Assembly (NCBI GenBank): GCA_017404725.1
Contig: JAFRBS010000027.1
Span: forward strand, 349-64,348
DNA: 64,000 bases
Source of the DNA: Candidatus Saccharimonadota bacterium
Lineage (GTDB): Bacteria > Patescibacteriota > Saccharimonadia > Saccharimonadales > Saccharimonadaceae
Reading direction: 5' to 3'
Part shown: piece after piece, positions 8,354-20,206 of the stretch
How the letters are laid out: each line of letters opens with the position of its first letter
Numbering within the stretch: the first letter of the stretch is position 1
The notes under the pieces: model-generated
The model's input: the letters and a program-made list of their open reading frames with translations, nothing else
Told to the model about the DNA's origin: nothing
Database searches by the model: none
Program-made: the position numbers and the translations under genes

Positions 8354-10312
8354 TTAATTCTCGTCTGGCGCGACTAGGACGGCTTTAATGCGGCGAACGC
8401 CGGCGGAGGAAGACTCTTCTTTTTTGATCTTAAATTTCCCGCCGAGTTTTCCAGTACTTTCGACGTGCGGACCGCCGCAGACTTCGCGAGAAGCTGGATT
8501 TTCTGGGCCGCCGATTGTATAAACCGTGACTTTTTCAGGGTAGCGATCCCAGAAGGAACCGTGGGCCTTCAATTCGTTTTTAGCGTAATCTTTGTCGTAT
8601 TCGGCAAATTCTACTTTTAGATCCTGTTTTATCCACTCGTTGACCTGGTCCTCGACCTTCTGCTTTTCCTCGTCGGTCAGCTTATGGTCGACATTAAAAT
8701 CTAGACGCATGCGTTCAGGGGTGATATTGCTGCCTTTTTGGGCGATGTCCTTATCGACGTGCTTCTGGAGCGCGGCGAGAAGGAGGTGGGTCGCGGTATG
8801 ATATTTCGTCGACATATCGCTATGGTCTTCGAGACCGCCTTTAAACATGCCTTTACTGGCAGTTTTACTGCGGTTTCTCTGCTCCTCGAGCGCTTCGTCG
8901 AATTCTTTGCGCCAGTTTTCAGAGAGTTTAATCTCGTCGTGGTAGGCCTGCTCGACCGAGACCTCGACTGGAAAGCCATAGGTGTCCTGGAGCTTAAACA
9001 GATCGTAGCCTGTCAGGTCGGGGTCCTGACGCGGTGCATTCCGAAGGCAACCCCTTTGGGGCGCCTTCGGCTCCACCGCGCCACCCCTCCGGCTTAACTT
9101 TCGCATTTCCTTTAGGCCGCGGTTTAAGGTTTGGCGGAAGGCGCGCTCCTCTTTTTCAAGGATTTCCAGGGCGCCGGCGCGGTTCGTCAGGATGTTATCA
9201 GGGAGAGAGTTGTATTCCTCAGCGATAGGCGCGATGGTTTCTTTCAGGAAATCTTGGGCAATACCGAGATCTAGGGCCTTTAAGATTGCGCGGCGGATGA
9301 ACCGGCGTAGAGCGTAACCCTGAGCTTTGTTCGACGGACTCAAACCCTGCGCAGCCAAGAGGTAGGCGCCGCGCAAATGGTCCGCGATGATGCGCATCTC
9401 GTCGGTATTATTGTTGTAATCTTTACCGGATAATTCTTCTAGTTTGTCAATAATCGGGCGCATGAGGGAGATCTTAAAAACATCGAAGCTGCCGATTTTC
9501 GCCGCCGCCAGGCGCTCGAGACCGCCGCCAAAATCGACGTTTTTATGCTCAAGCTCAGAGAAAGTCCCGTCGTCGTTTCTTCGGTACTGCATGAAAACCT
9601 GGTTGCCGATCTCCATAAAGCGCGCGCCATCAGAGGCGGGATGGGACTGGCCGTATTTCTCGATGTCCTGCTTATCTTCGCCAAAATCGTAAAAAACCTC
9701 AGAATCTGGACCACAGGGGTCGCCTTTCGGGGTCGTTTCGATGCCGCCGCCACGACTCCACCAGTTTTCCTTGTCGTCGTAGAAGAAAATGCGTTCGCCG
9801 GGCTTAATTCCCCGTTTGTCCCCGTTCTCGGCGCTGCCGATTTCGGCGATTTTCGCCTCAATGCCGGCTTTTTTAAAAACTTTTTGCCAGATTTTTGCGG
9901 CTTCTTCGTCTTTCGGGATGCCGTATTTTTCGGAGCCGATGAAGCAAGTGACGTAAATCTTCGCAGGATCGAGGCCGATGACCTCTGTTAAGAATTCAAA
10001 ATAGTTGCTGATTTGTTCCTCTTTGAAATAATCGCCGAGCGACCAGTTTCCAAGCATCTCGAAGACCGTGGTATGGCGCGGATCGCCGACGTCGTCGATG
10101 TCCTGGAGCCTTAAACAGGGCTGGGAGTCGGTCAGACGGGTGCCCTCGGGATGTTTTTTGCCGAGAAGATAAGGGAGCAGAGGCTGCATCCCGGAGCCAG
10201 TAAACAGGGTCGTCGGGTCATTCTCGAGAACTAGGGGGGACGGCGGAATCTCCTTATGGCCCTTCGACTTTTGGAATTCTAGATATTTTTCTCTAATTTC
10301 GTTTGCGTTCAT
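8354..10312 (-). CDS. alaS: Alanine--tRNA ligase, short form (no C-Ala domain), with an in-frame insertion of about 23 aa
   Basis: Start moved to MNANEIREKYLEFQKSKGH (10312). Has the class II catalytic core, FKLQDTYGFP, and editing motifs HTATHLL and CGGPHV. The extra RRGGAVEPKAPQRGCLRNAPRQDP is encoded by 9020..9087. Confidence 0.9.
   Translation of the reverse strand: MNANEIREKYLEFQKSKGHKEIPPSPLVLENDPTTLFTGSGMQPLLPYLLGKKHPEGTRLTDSQPCLRLQDIDDVGDPRHTTVFEMLGNWSLGDYFKEEQISNYFEFLTEVIGLDPAKIYVTCFIGSEKYGIPKDEEAAKIWQKVFKKAGIEAKIAEIGSAENGDKRGIKPGERIFFYDDKENWWSRGGGIETTPKGDPCGPDSEVFYDFGEDKQDIEKYGQSHPASDGARFMEIGNQVFMQYRRNDDGTFSELEHKNVDFGGGLERLAAAKIGSFDVFKISLMRPIIDKLEELSGKDYNNNTDEMRIIADHLRGAYLLAAQGLSPSNKAQGYALRRFIRRAILKALDLGIAQDFLKETIAPIAEEYNSLPDNILTNRAGALEILEKEERAFRQTLNRGLKEMRKLSRRGGAVEPKAPQRGCLRNAPRQDPDLTGYDLFKLQDTYGFPVEVSVEQAYHDEIKLSENWRKEFDEALEEQRNRSKTASKGMFKGGLEDHSDMSTKYHTATHLLLAALQKHVDKDIAQKGSNITPERMRLDFNVDHKLTDEEKQKVEDQVNEWIKQDLKVEFAEYDKDYAKNELKAHGSFWDRYPEKVTVYTIGGPENPASREVCGGPHVESTGKLGGKFKIKKEESSSAGVRRIKAVLVAPDEN
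9020..9087. repeat. Short (about 68 bp) member of the GC-rich palindromic element family, in-frame in alaS
   Basis: Termini GGGGTCCTGACGCGGTG...CACCGCGCCACCCC match the termini of the ligA and desulfurase copies. The inner hairpin is CCGAAGGC-N13-GCCTTCGG. Confidence 0.7.
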
Positions 10313-10319
10313 ACTCTCT

Positions 10320-10346
10320 ATTATAACACATTGATATTGTGTTATA
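10320..10346 (-). promoter_or_regulatory. alaS extended -10 (TGTTATAAT, 7 nt from ATG) embedded in a 9-bp inverted repeat
   Basis: TATAACACA (10322-10330) and TGTGTTATA (10338-10346) are separated by 7 nt. No SD sequence is present. Confidence 0.4.
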
Positions 10347-10350
10347 GGCA

Positions 10351-10379
10351 TTGACTTTTTAGCATAAGTGTGCTATAAT
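10351..10379 (+). promoter_or_regulatory. Sigma70-type promoter TTGACT-17-TATAAT with TG extension
   Basis: TTGACT at 10351-10356 and TGCTATAAT ending at 10379. Lies upstream of 10462..11616. Confidence 0.6.
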
Positions 10380-10461
10380 GTAAGTAAGTCTGAGGTTTGG
10401 GTAACTAGTTGATTAACTGGGGCCCTGGCCCCATTGTACGTTTACAAAGGAGGTATTCGCT

Positions 10462-11616
10462 ATGGATACGAAAAAGTCAATCATCGTGGCTACCCTGGTG
10501 GTAGCATTAATCATGTCACTTATTATTCCGGTTACGACCGGCACCTCAGAGGCTCAGGCCGCTGAGACAGAAGTTAAGGCTGCCACCAATGGACTTTGGA
10601 CCTACTCGTATGACGAGTACGGGACGTTATTCACGTCGGCTACGCAGACGTCCAGCACGGTTGGAGTTAAGACTTCTGCGGGAAAGGAGATCAAGTTTGT
10701 GTCCTATCCAACGGCAGAAGGCATAAACTTTGACTTCACCGATGGCGAAGACTATTATTCCTACCGAACGAACACGTTGAATAATGTAGTTACGATTACC
10801 TCACGTATCAAAGGGGTTGTCCGCAACCAATCTGCGTACATCGAAGGTAAGGCTGCCGACGGCGTTGTCTATGTGGATAACTACGGCTGGATCACGGAGA
10901 GACATTACATCTCTCCAGAATCTTGGCAGATGGAAGAGTACAATTATAATGGACAAGTTACGAAGTCTGTTGTGAAAGTACTCGTACGCGACGGTTATAA
11001 CGCTTCGGCGTTCGTGTCAACGACAACCATGTCGGAAACACAGCCGACGACGCCGTCGAGTTCGCCGCAGCCGTTCTGGCCAACAGCAACTCCGTCAGCG
11101 ACACCATATAACCCGTACAACCCGTATCAGACGGCTCCGCCGTTTACGCCACCGACCATGCAGCCGACGCAGGCTCCAGTAGCAACACAACCGCCGGTAC
11201 AGACGCAGGTCCCGGTAGCAACAACGCCGCCGACACAGGAACCGCCGGTAGTGGTTGAGCCAACCTTAGCTCCAGCAACGCCTTCAAAATCTTTGTCGAA
11301 TTTAAAACGTTCGACAAAAATTGAGAAAAGGGCGTACAAGAGCCTGAAGAAGTTAAACAGGCTGGCAAAGAGCCACGGGTGGACCCTGCGTGAATATACG
11401 CGAAGGGCGTCAAATAAGCGGGTCGTTAAGACGAAGGTATATCTGGAAGGGTATGCCGGGTTCAAGGACGGCAAAGATTACTACGGCAAATTGTGGTTCA
11501 CCCACGTCTGCCAAAGATACGGCGGCAAGAAGTATGCCATCCGCTTTTGGCAGGACGGAAAATGGGTAAAAGGCATTAGGAAGAAAATTAAGTACCATCT
11601 TCTTAGTGTCATATAG
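10462..11616 (+). CDS. Secreted protein with a Pro/Thr-rich linker and a basic C-terminal domain
   Basis: AAAGGAGG RBS. N-terminal signal/TM segment (IIVATLVVALIMSLIIPV). A PT-rich tract of about 90 aa, then a Lys/Arg-rich C-terminus. No recognised family. Confidence 0.7.
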   Translation: MDTKKSIIVATLVVALIMSLIIPVTTGTSEAQAAETEVKAATNGLWTYSYDEYGTLFTSATQTSSTVGVKTSAGKEIKFVSYPTAEGINFDFTDGEDYYSYRTNTLNNVVTITSRIKGVVRNQSAYIEGKAADGVVYVDNYGWITERHYISPESWQMEEYNYNGQVTKSVVKVLVRDGYNASAFVSTTTMSETQPTTPSSSPQPFWPTATPSATPYNPYNPYQTAPPFTPPTMQPTQAPVATQPPVQTQVPVATTPPTQEPPVVVEPTLAPATPSKSLSNLKRSTKIEKRAYKSLKKLNRLAKSHGWTLREYTRRASNKRVVKTKVYLEGYAGFKDGKDYYGKLWFTHVCQRYGGKKYAIRFWQDGKWVKGIRKKIKYHLLSVI

Positions 11617-11633
11617 AAAAATCCTCAGACTTT

Positions 11634-11658
11634 GGGGCGTCCCTGACGCCCCATTTTT
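11634..11658 (+). terminator. Rho-independent terminator
   Basis: Stem GGGGCGTC / GACGCCCC with a 3-nt loop, followed by ATTTTT. Confidence 0.7.
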
Positions 11659-11663
11659 CATGC

Positions 11664-12833
11664 TTAAAATTTGATAATTCCGCCGCCGATGCAGGCGTCG
11701 CCCTGGTAGAAAACTGCAGATTGGCCGGCGGCGGGACGCTTGATTTCCTTTTTAAAAATCAGTTTGTTCCCTTCTAGGGTCGCTGGGATTAGCGGAGCGC
11801 GATGCCGAAGGCGCACGTCGATGCGAACGGGGCCTGTAGGCCTTCGGCCTTCCGCGTCCCAAGGGGCGGTCGCGTTGTATCGCCCATCCGACTCGCTCGC
11901 CTTCGGCTCGGAGCCGGCGGGACCCCTCAACGCGTCACCCGTTCGCTTGATGATATCTTCCAAATCGAGCTCGGTTGTCCAGAGGTCTTCCGCGTTCAAG
12001 TTGCGGGAGACGTAGACAATGTTTTTTGTAATATCTTTTTTGACAACGTAATACGGTAAGCCGGCGTCGGCACCTTTATTGGCAGAGCCAAGATCAAGGC
12101 CGTGGCGCTGGCCGATGGTGTAGAAAATCGCGCCTTCATGAGTACCTAGTTCGTGGCCGGTTTCAATTTCGATAATCGGGCCGGGATTAGGCTCAAAATA
12201 TTCTTTCAAAAAATCCTCCATGCCGACTTCACCGACGAAACAGACGCCCATCGACTCTTTTTTGTAAGCATTATCAAGGCCTTTTTCTTCGGCGAGTTTT
12301 TTGACGTCTTTTTTTAGCATATCGCCGATTGGGAAAAGAGTGTGGGCAAGGGCGTCTTCGCTGATGCGGTAGAGGAAGTAGGTCTGGTCTTTGTTCTCGT
12401 CGGCTGCTTTTCTCAGACACGGGTGGGGCGAGATCCTGGCGTAGTGGCCGGTTGCGATTAAGTCCGCACCCTGTTCGCGGGCGGTTTCGTAGAAAAGTTT
12501 GAATTTGATTTCCTGATTACACATGATGTCTGGGTTCGGGGTGCGGCCGGCTTTGAACTCGGAGAGCATGTAGTCGACGACTTTCTGTTTATACTCAGTT
12601 TCGAAATCAAAAACTCGAAAATCTATGCCGAGCTTTACGGCGACACGCTTCGCGTCGGCCAAATCTTCCGCCCAGGGGCATTTCATCCCGGGGAGATCCT
12701 TTGACCAATTCTTCATATAAACGCCAACAACGTTATAGCCCTGCTCTTTTAAAAGCACAGCGGAAAGCGAAGAGTCGACGCCACCAGACATGCCGAGAAA
12801 AACGGTCTTAGGCACAGCGGCGGGACTAGGCAT
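11664..12833 (-). CDS. mnmA: tRNA 2-thiouridine(34) synthase, with an in-frame insertion of about 38 aa
   Basis: PP-loop GMSGGVDSS, ATGHYAR, and C-terminal GQSAVFY. The extra TGDALRGPAGSEPKASESDGRYNATAPWDAEGRRPTGP is encoded by 11800..11945. Confidence 0.9.
   Translation of the reverse strand: MPSPAAVPKTVFLGMSGGVDSSLSAVLLKEQGYNVVGVYMKNWSKDLPGMKCPWAEDLADAKRVAVKLGIDFRVFDFETEYKQKVVDYMLSEFKAGRTPNPDIMCNQEIKFKLFYETAREQGADLIATGHYARISPHPCLRKAADENKDQTYFLYRISEDALAHTLFPIGDMLKKDVKKLAEEKGLDNAYKKESMGVCFVGEVGMEDFLKEYFEPNPGPIIEIETGHELGTHEGAIFYTIGQRHGLDLGSANKGADAGLPYYVVKKDITKNIVYVSRNLNAEDLWTTELDLEDIIKRTGDALRGPAGSEPKASESDGRYNATAPWDAEGRRPTGPVRIDVRLRHRAPLIPATLEGNKLIFKKEIKRPAAGQSAVFYQGDACIGGGIIKF
11800..11945. 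repeat. Composite GC-rich palindromic element in mnmA (core copy 11863..11940 plus an adjacent CCGAAGG/CCTTCGG hairpin module)
   Basis: The core GGGGCGGTCGCGTTGTATCGCCCATCC...GGACCCCTCAACGCGTCACCC aligns at about 80% with the ligA copy, in the same orientation and frame. The upstream module resembles the alaS inner hairpin. Confidence 0.8.
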
Positions 12834-14079
12834 TTTTTAGCCTTTCTAGCTCTTCTTTGACAGCATCAGCGATTAGGTTTGCGGCGGTTTTTACCTTCGC
12901 CTCATCGTTTAAGCGGCCGAAAGAGATGCGAAGGCTGCCGGCGATTTCTTTGTCGGTTAAACCTGCCGCCTTCAAAACATGAGATTTTTCGCCCTTTGAG
13001 GCGGCGCAGGCGGCGCCAGTACTAAGATAAACTTCTTTTTCTTCGAGTTTATAAACTAGGCGCTCAGCGTCTAGACCTGGAAAACTGACCGGGCAAAAAT
13101 TCGCGAGTTGGCGTTTTTTTGGCCCAAGGAAAACTGGCTCGATTTCGCCATTTAGTTCGTCGGTCAGGGAGTTTTTGAAAATTGTTTTTAAATTTTCGAA
13201 AGTCTTCGCGGCGGAGTTAAGATGGTCCTTAGTTTCTTTCATCGCCGCGGCGAAACCGATCGCGCCTGGTACGTTTTCGGTCCCGGAGCGCAGGTTTCTT
13301 TCCTGGCCACCGCCAGAAATTAGTGGCTTTAGTTTTACGCCGTGAGCAACGTAAAGTGCGCCGACACCTTTCGGGCCATAGATTTTTGCGGAACTTAAAG
13401 TCAGAAGGTCGGTCTTCATGCGGGCGACGTTAATATTCAGAAGGCCCAGCGCGGCGGAAGCGTCGGAATGAAGATAGAGCGGGCGAGGGTTTTTATTTTT
13501 GAGGCGGGCTTGGCGCTCGCTCTTGATAATTTCAGCGATTTCGGCGAGCGGTTGGATCGTGCCGAGCTCGTTGTTTGCCGCGGCGACGGAAATTAGAACC
13601 GTGTCTTTTGTGATTTTGCTTTTTAGATTGTCTAGATCGATCAGACCGGAGCCGGGCTTGACTTTGATCTTTCCGGCGCCATAATTTTCGGCGGTCCTGA
13701 GGACTGAGGCGTGCTCAGTCTCTAAGACGAGTACGAGGGGTGGCGCGTTGAGGGGCCCCGCCGCCCCCCGAGCCGACAGGCGAGCGGGGGTGGATGGGCG
13801 ATACAACGCGTCAGGACCCCGAGTGCTAGCGTTTAAGACCGAGAACGCCAAGTTCGTGGCCTCGGTTGCGCCGGAAGTCATGACAAGATCGTTGGCCTTA
13901 GCGCCGATAGTATGGGCAATTTCAGACTTCGCGTTTTCGTAAGCTTCCCTGACCCGCTTGGCCGGAAGATAAGGCGCCGAAGGGTTGAAAAAGTCATCCG
14001 CAAAAAATGGTTCCATAGCGGCTTTAGCCTTCTTAGACAGTGGCGTCGCCGAAGCGTGGTCAAGATAAATCATGGACAT
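12826..14079 (-). CDS. Class V aminotransferase / cysteine desulfurase (NifS/IscS-like), with an in-frame insertion of about 29 aa
   Basis: The ORF-track N-terminal extension is rejected. Real start is MSMIYLDHASATPL (14079) or, more likely, MIYLDHAS (14073). Overlaps the mnmA start. The extra STRGPDALYRPSTPARLSARGAAGPLNAPP is encoded by 13737..13820. Confidence 0.85.
   Translation of the reverse strand: MSMIYLDHASATPLSKKAKAAMEPFFADDFFNPSAPYLPAKRVREAYENAKSEIAHTIGAKANDLVMTSGATEATNLAFSVLNASTRGPDALYRPSTPARLSARGAAGPLNAPPLVLVLETEHASVLRTAENYGAGKIKVKPGSGLIDLDNLKSKITKDTVLISVAAANNELGTIQPLAEIAEIIKSERQARLKNKNPRPLYLHSDASAALGLLNINVARMKTDLLTLSSAKIYGPKGVGALYVAHGVKLKPLISGGGQERNLRSGTENVPGAIGFAAAMKETKDHLNSAAKTFENLKTIFKNSLTDELNGEIEPVFLGPKKRQLANFCPVSFPGLDAERLVYKLEEKEVYLSTGAACAASKGEKSHVLKAAGLTDKEIAGSLRISFGRLNDEAKVKTAANLIADAVKEELERLKNA
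13737..13820. repeat. 84-bp GC-rich palindromic element, inverted relative to the ligA/mnmA copies, in-frame in the desulfurase gene
   Basis: Its reverse complement GGGGTCCTGACGCGTTGTATCGCCCATCCACCCCCGCTCGCCTGTCGGCTCGGGGGGCGGCGGGGCCCCTCAACGCGCCACCCC is about 90% identical to ligA 17137..17215. Confidence 0.9.
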
Positions 14080-14088
14080 ATTATAACA
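14080..14088 (-). promoter_or_regulatory. Extended -10 (TGTTATAAT) 6 nt upstream of ATG 14073
   Basis: Reverse complement of ATTATAACA. This geometry implies a leaderless mRNA. Confidence 0.45.
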
Positions 14089-14105
14089 TATTTTGCTAAA
14101 TCTAT

Positions 14106-14113
14106 TGTATAAT
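14106..14113 (+). promoter_or_regulatory. Extended -10 (TGTATAAT) 6 nt upstream of ATG 14120
   Basis: Divergent partner of the desulfurase promoter, within a 46-bp intergenic gap. Confidence 0.45.
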
Positions 14114-14119
14114 AGAGGT

Positions 14120-14470
14120 ATGGAAAATAGACTTAAGGAATATGAAAAATTTATTTCAGAGGAGCTAGAGGACGGCAATCGCTCGTCGGAGCTCGTCGAA
14201 TATCATCGCGAGATGGTCGCGAATTTTCAGCACGAGCGGCTGGTCCATCTGATTATTACGCTGTTTTTCGCGCTACTCGCGATCGCGGCTTTATCTGTTT
14301 CGGGGCTAATCATGGGGAGCTTTCCTCTTTCCGAGTGGCTGATTTTCTCGCCGATTTTCGCGCTGGCTTTGATTCTGGCCGTTCTGACGGGATTTTATGT
14401 CCGGCATTATTACTTTTTGGAGAATCATATTCAGAAGTTGTACGATGTTTCACGAAAATTTTTAGAGTAA
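14120..14470 (+). CDS. Small membrane protein (two TM helices)
   Basis: Start moved to MENRLKEYEKF. Hydrophobic segments LVHLIITLFFALLAIAALSV and IFSPIFALALILAVLTGFYV. Confidence 0.6.
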   Translation: MENRLKEYEKFISEELEDGNRSSELVEYHREMVANFQHERLVHLIITLFFALLAIAALSVSGLIMGSFPLSEWLIFSPIFALALILAVLTGFYVRHYYFLENHIQKLYDVSRKFLE

Positions 14471-14486
14471 ATCGCGATTCCACAGA

Positions 14487-15596
14487 CTATTCGGCGAGGC
14501 AGACGACGCCGAGAGAGCTGCCAGAGGCGTATTCGTTGCCTGTGTAATCATGGAACATGTAAGTTTGGGAGCCGTTGACGAATATGCCCCAGGCGTTCGT
14601 GTCTTCGTACGGCGTCGAGGACCAGTAGCTGCCGGACCATGTCGTTGCTTCGCTTAGGCTCGAGCCGCTGTTATTATAGGCGGCGAGGATCGCCTCGAAC
14701 TCGTCTTTAGTCGGGAGACGCGAGCCGGATGGACAAGCGGATTTGGCGTTTGTCCAGGTCATAGTGCCGAGGCTAGTCTTCGTCCACCAATTTCCGTCCG
14801 CAAAGTATGTAAATTCTGCTTCGCCGAGGGTTTTAGTGTCTCCGACCTCTGGGGCTTCGCGCGAAAGTACTGGTTCTACTACGGTTGTGTTTTGGTCTAA
14901 GGCTGTCGCGGTATAGACGACGGTATCGCGGTAAGTGCTGAACTGGGAAACGCCGGAGGCGATCGCATAATTTACCGTGATTTCGCTGCTGTATGACAGC
15001 GGGGAGAGTTCGTTCGAAGCGGCCGAGCGGACCGTCAGCGGGGAGTCGTTGCTCGAGGTTATGGCTGTCCAAGCGGTAATTTCGCCACCTTTTATGGCCC
15101 AGCCAGCGGTCAGGGGCGAAATCGAGCCGTCCTGGCTTAAAGTTACGCCGGCGGGGATGTATTCGTTGGCGGTGGTGCTGCCGTTGCCGTCTCTTAGCGC
15201 GGTGTCGTCATCGGCGTCCTGGACCTCGAGCTTAAATCTGCCGGAATTCGAGCGGACTTCGACGTTCGAATAGAGCGTCGAAGTATCGACTTGGTTCGCA
15301 TTGAGCTGGAGACCGGTCGCCAGCGAAGGGCCGTTTACTGCCTCAGGGTCAGTCGACCCTTTAGCGGAAGCCGGCTGGTAACCGATAAAACCGTATTCAT
15401 CTTCAAGAGTTTGTTCATCTAAGTCTGCGTTAGAATGAATCCTTAGAGCAAGCGAAGAAATAATTTCGACCTCAATATAAACATTGCCAGAAATCGCGGG
15501 GAGATCGTCGTCAGCATGGACGGGAAGCTGGGCGTCAAAATAAATTCCAAGACTAAAGCCGAGCGCGGTTATAACTCCCAATAACACTCTTTTCAC
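14487..15596 (-). CDS. Secreted surface protein: WxL-like beta domain plus a C-terminal DUF1566/C-type-lectin-like domain
   Basis: Signal peptide MKRVLLGVITALGFSLG (GTG start). VYIEVEIISSLALRIHS and VNYAIASG...TVVYTATA are shared with the paralogs. The C-terminus carries SRLPTKDEFEAI and WSGSYWSST...VVCL, typical of DUF1566. Confidence 0.7.
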   Translation of the reverse strand: MKRVLLGVITALGFSLGIYFDAQLPVHADDDLPAISGNVYIEVEIISSLALRIHSNADLDEQTLEDEYGFIGYQPASAKGSTDPEAVNGPSLATGLQLNANQVDTSTLYSNVEVRSNSGRFKLEVQDADDDTALRDGNGSTTANEYIPAGVTLSQDGSISPLTAGWAIKGGEITAWTAITSSNDSPLTVRSAASNELSPLSYSSEITVNYAIASGVSQFSTYRDTVVYTATALDQNTTVVEPVLSREAPEVGDTKTLGEAEFTYFADGNWWTKTSLGTMTWTNAKSACPSGSRLPTKDEFEAILAAYNNSGSSLSEATTWSGSYWSSTPYEDTNAWGIFVNGSQTYMFHDYTGNEYASGSSLGVVCLAE

Positions 15597-15602
15597 AATT
15601 CT

Positions 15603-15611
15603 ATTTTAACA
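15603..15611 (-). promoter_or_regulatory. Extended -10 (TGTTAAAAT) 6 nt upstream of the GTG start
   Basis: Reverse complement of ATTTTAACA. Confidence 0.35.
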
Positions 15612-15627
15612 TAGGCGAAGTTCTAGC

Positions 15628-18713
<3,086 letters not shown>

Positions 18714-18733
<20 letters not shown>

Positions 18734-19586
18734 CTTCGATCCTCTTTATACGCTCTTCAATCGGCGGATGAGTAGAAAACAACTTCGAAATTTTGTTCTT
18801 TTTTAGCGGATTGTTAATATAGAGCGCCTCGGTCGCGGAATTTTGGCGACGCATCGGACGAGCGTGGGTATCGAGCTTTTTCAGCGCGGCGACCATTCCC
18901 TCCGGGTAACGCGTCAAATTTACTGCGCCGGCATCGGCAAGAAATTCGCGCTGGCGAGAAATCGCGAGCTGGGCGATAGAAGCGGCGAGCGGCGCAAAAA
19001 TCGCCGTAACAATCATGATAATCAGCCCGACTGGACTGCGGTCGTCATCGTCGCCGAGCCAAAGCATGCGAAGACCTAGGTCGGAAATAAAACCGATTAA
19101 ACAAACTAGACCGAAGGTAATCGTCGAAACGCGAATATCGTAATTTTTAACATGGGAAAGTTCGTGCGCCATGACGGCGGTCAGTTCCTTGTTGTCCATG
19201 ATGTCGAGTAGTCCCGTCGTCGCGGCAACGGCAGCGTGTTCTGGGTCGCGGCCAGTCGCAAAAGCGTTCGGAGCCGGATCGTCGATAATATAAACTTTCG
19301 GCATCGGTAAACCGGCGGTAATCGTCAGATTTTCGACCGTATTATATAATTTCGGATTGTCTTTTTTCTCGATTTCCTTCGCGCCGGTCATAGTCAGCGC
19401 AATCGAGCTAGCAGCAAAATACTGAAAAAGCGTATAAGCGAGCGCAATCCCGCCAAAATAAAACAATGTAGACCAGTTATTTAGCCAAAAAGCAAAAGCC
19501 GCGCCAATCGCAGCAATCAAAAGCACGAAACCGGACATAATCACGACGGTATGGCGCTTGTTTGCTGCGATTTGCTTCTGCATCAT
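18714..19586 (-). CDS. htpX: M48 zinc metalloprotease HtpX
   Basis: HELSHVKN zinc motif, N-terminal TM helices, about 290 aa. Confidence 0.9.
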
Positions 19587-19609
19587 AGGCGGCTATTCCT
19601 TTGTGTTTT

Positions 19610-20170
19610 TTAGAATTTGACTTCTGGAGCGTCTTTGATTTTAGCTTTTTCGGCTTCTTCTACCTCGTAGTATTCGCGAGCCTTAAACCCAAAACCTTTG
19701 AAGAGGTTCACTGGGAACATCTTGATTTTCGTGTTCAGCTCTTTTGCGCCGGCGTTATAGAAACGGCGAGCAGCTTGAATTTTGTCTTCCGTGTCGGAAA
19801 GCTCGGAAGATAGCTGTTGGAAATTCGCGTCAGCTTTCAATTCTGGGTAAGCCTCGGAAACGGCCATCAAGCGCGAAAGCGCGCCAGTAAAGCTGTTGTC
19901 CGCTTCGGCGGTAGCCTTAACCGAGCGAGCGCCCATCATCTTCGCGCGAGCTTCGGAAACTTCCTTAATCGCGGCGCTTTCATGCTTCGCATAACCCTTA
20001 ACCGTTTCGACGAGATTCGGGATCAGGTCGGCGCGGCGTTTCAACTGGACCGTAATGTCCGACCAAGCCTCGTTTACGCGCTCGTTTAATTTGACTAAGC
20101 TGTTGTAGCTGGCCCAGATAAACAGAGCGATAATAACTACGACGGCTAGAATGATGATTCCAATAATCAT
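19610..20170 (-). CDS. lemA: LemA family membrane protein
   Basis: N-terminal TM segment, then YNSLVKL...W.DI..QLKRR.DLIPNLVETVKGY, typical of LemA. The lemA-htpX pairing is classic. Confidence 0.85.
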   Translation of the reverse strand: MIIGIIILAVVVIIALFIWASYNSLVKLNERVNEAWSDITVQLKRRADLIPNLVETVKGYAKHESAAIKEVSEARAKMMGARSVKATAEADNSFTGALSRLMAVSEAYPELKADANFQQLSSELSDTEDKIQAARRFYNAGAKELNTKIKMFPVNLFKGFGFKAREYYEVEEAEKAKIKDAPEVKF

Positions 20171-20206
20171 ATTTTCTCCTTATATTATATATCTATTATA
20201 GCATAT

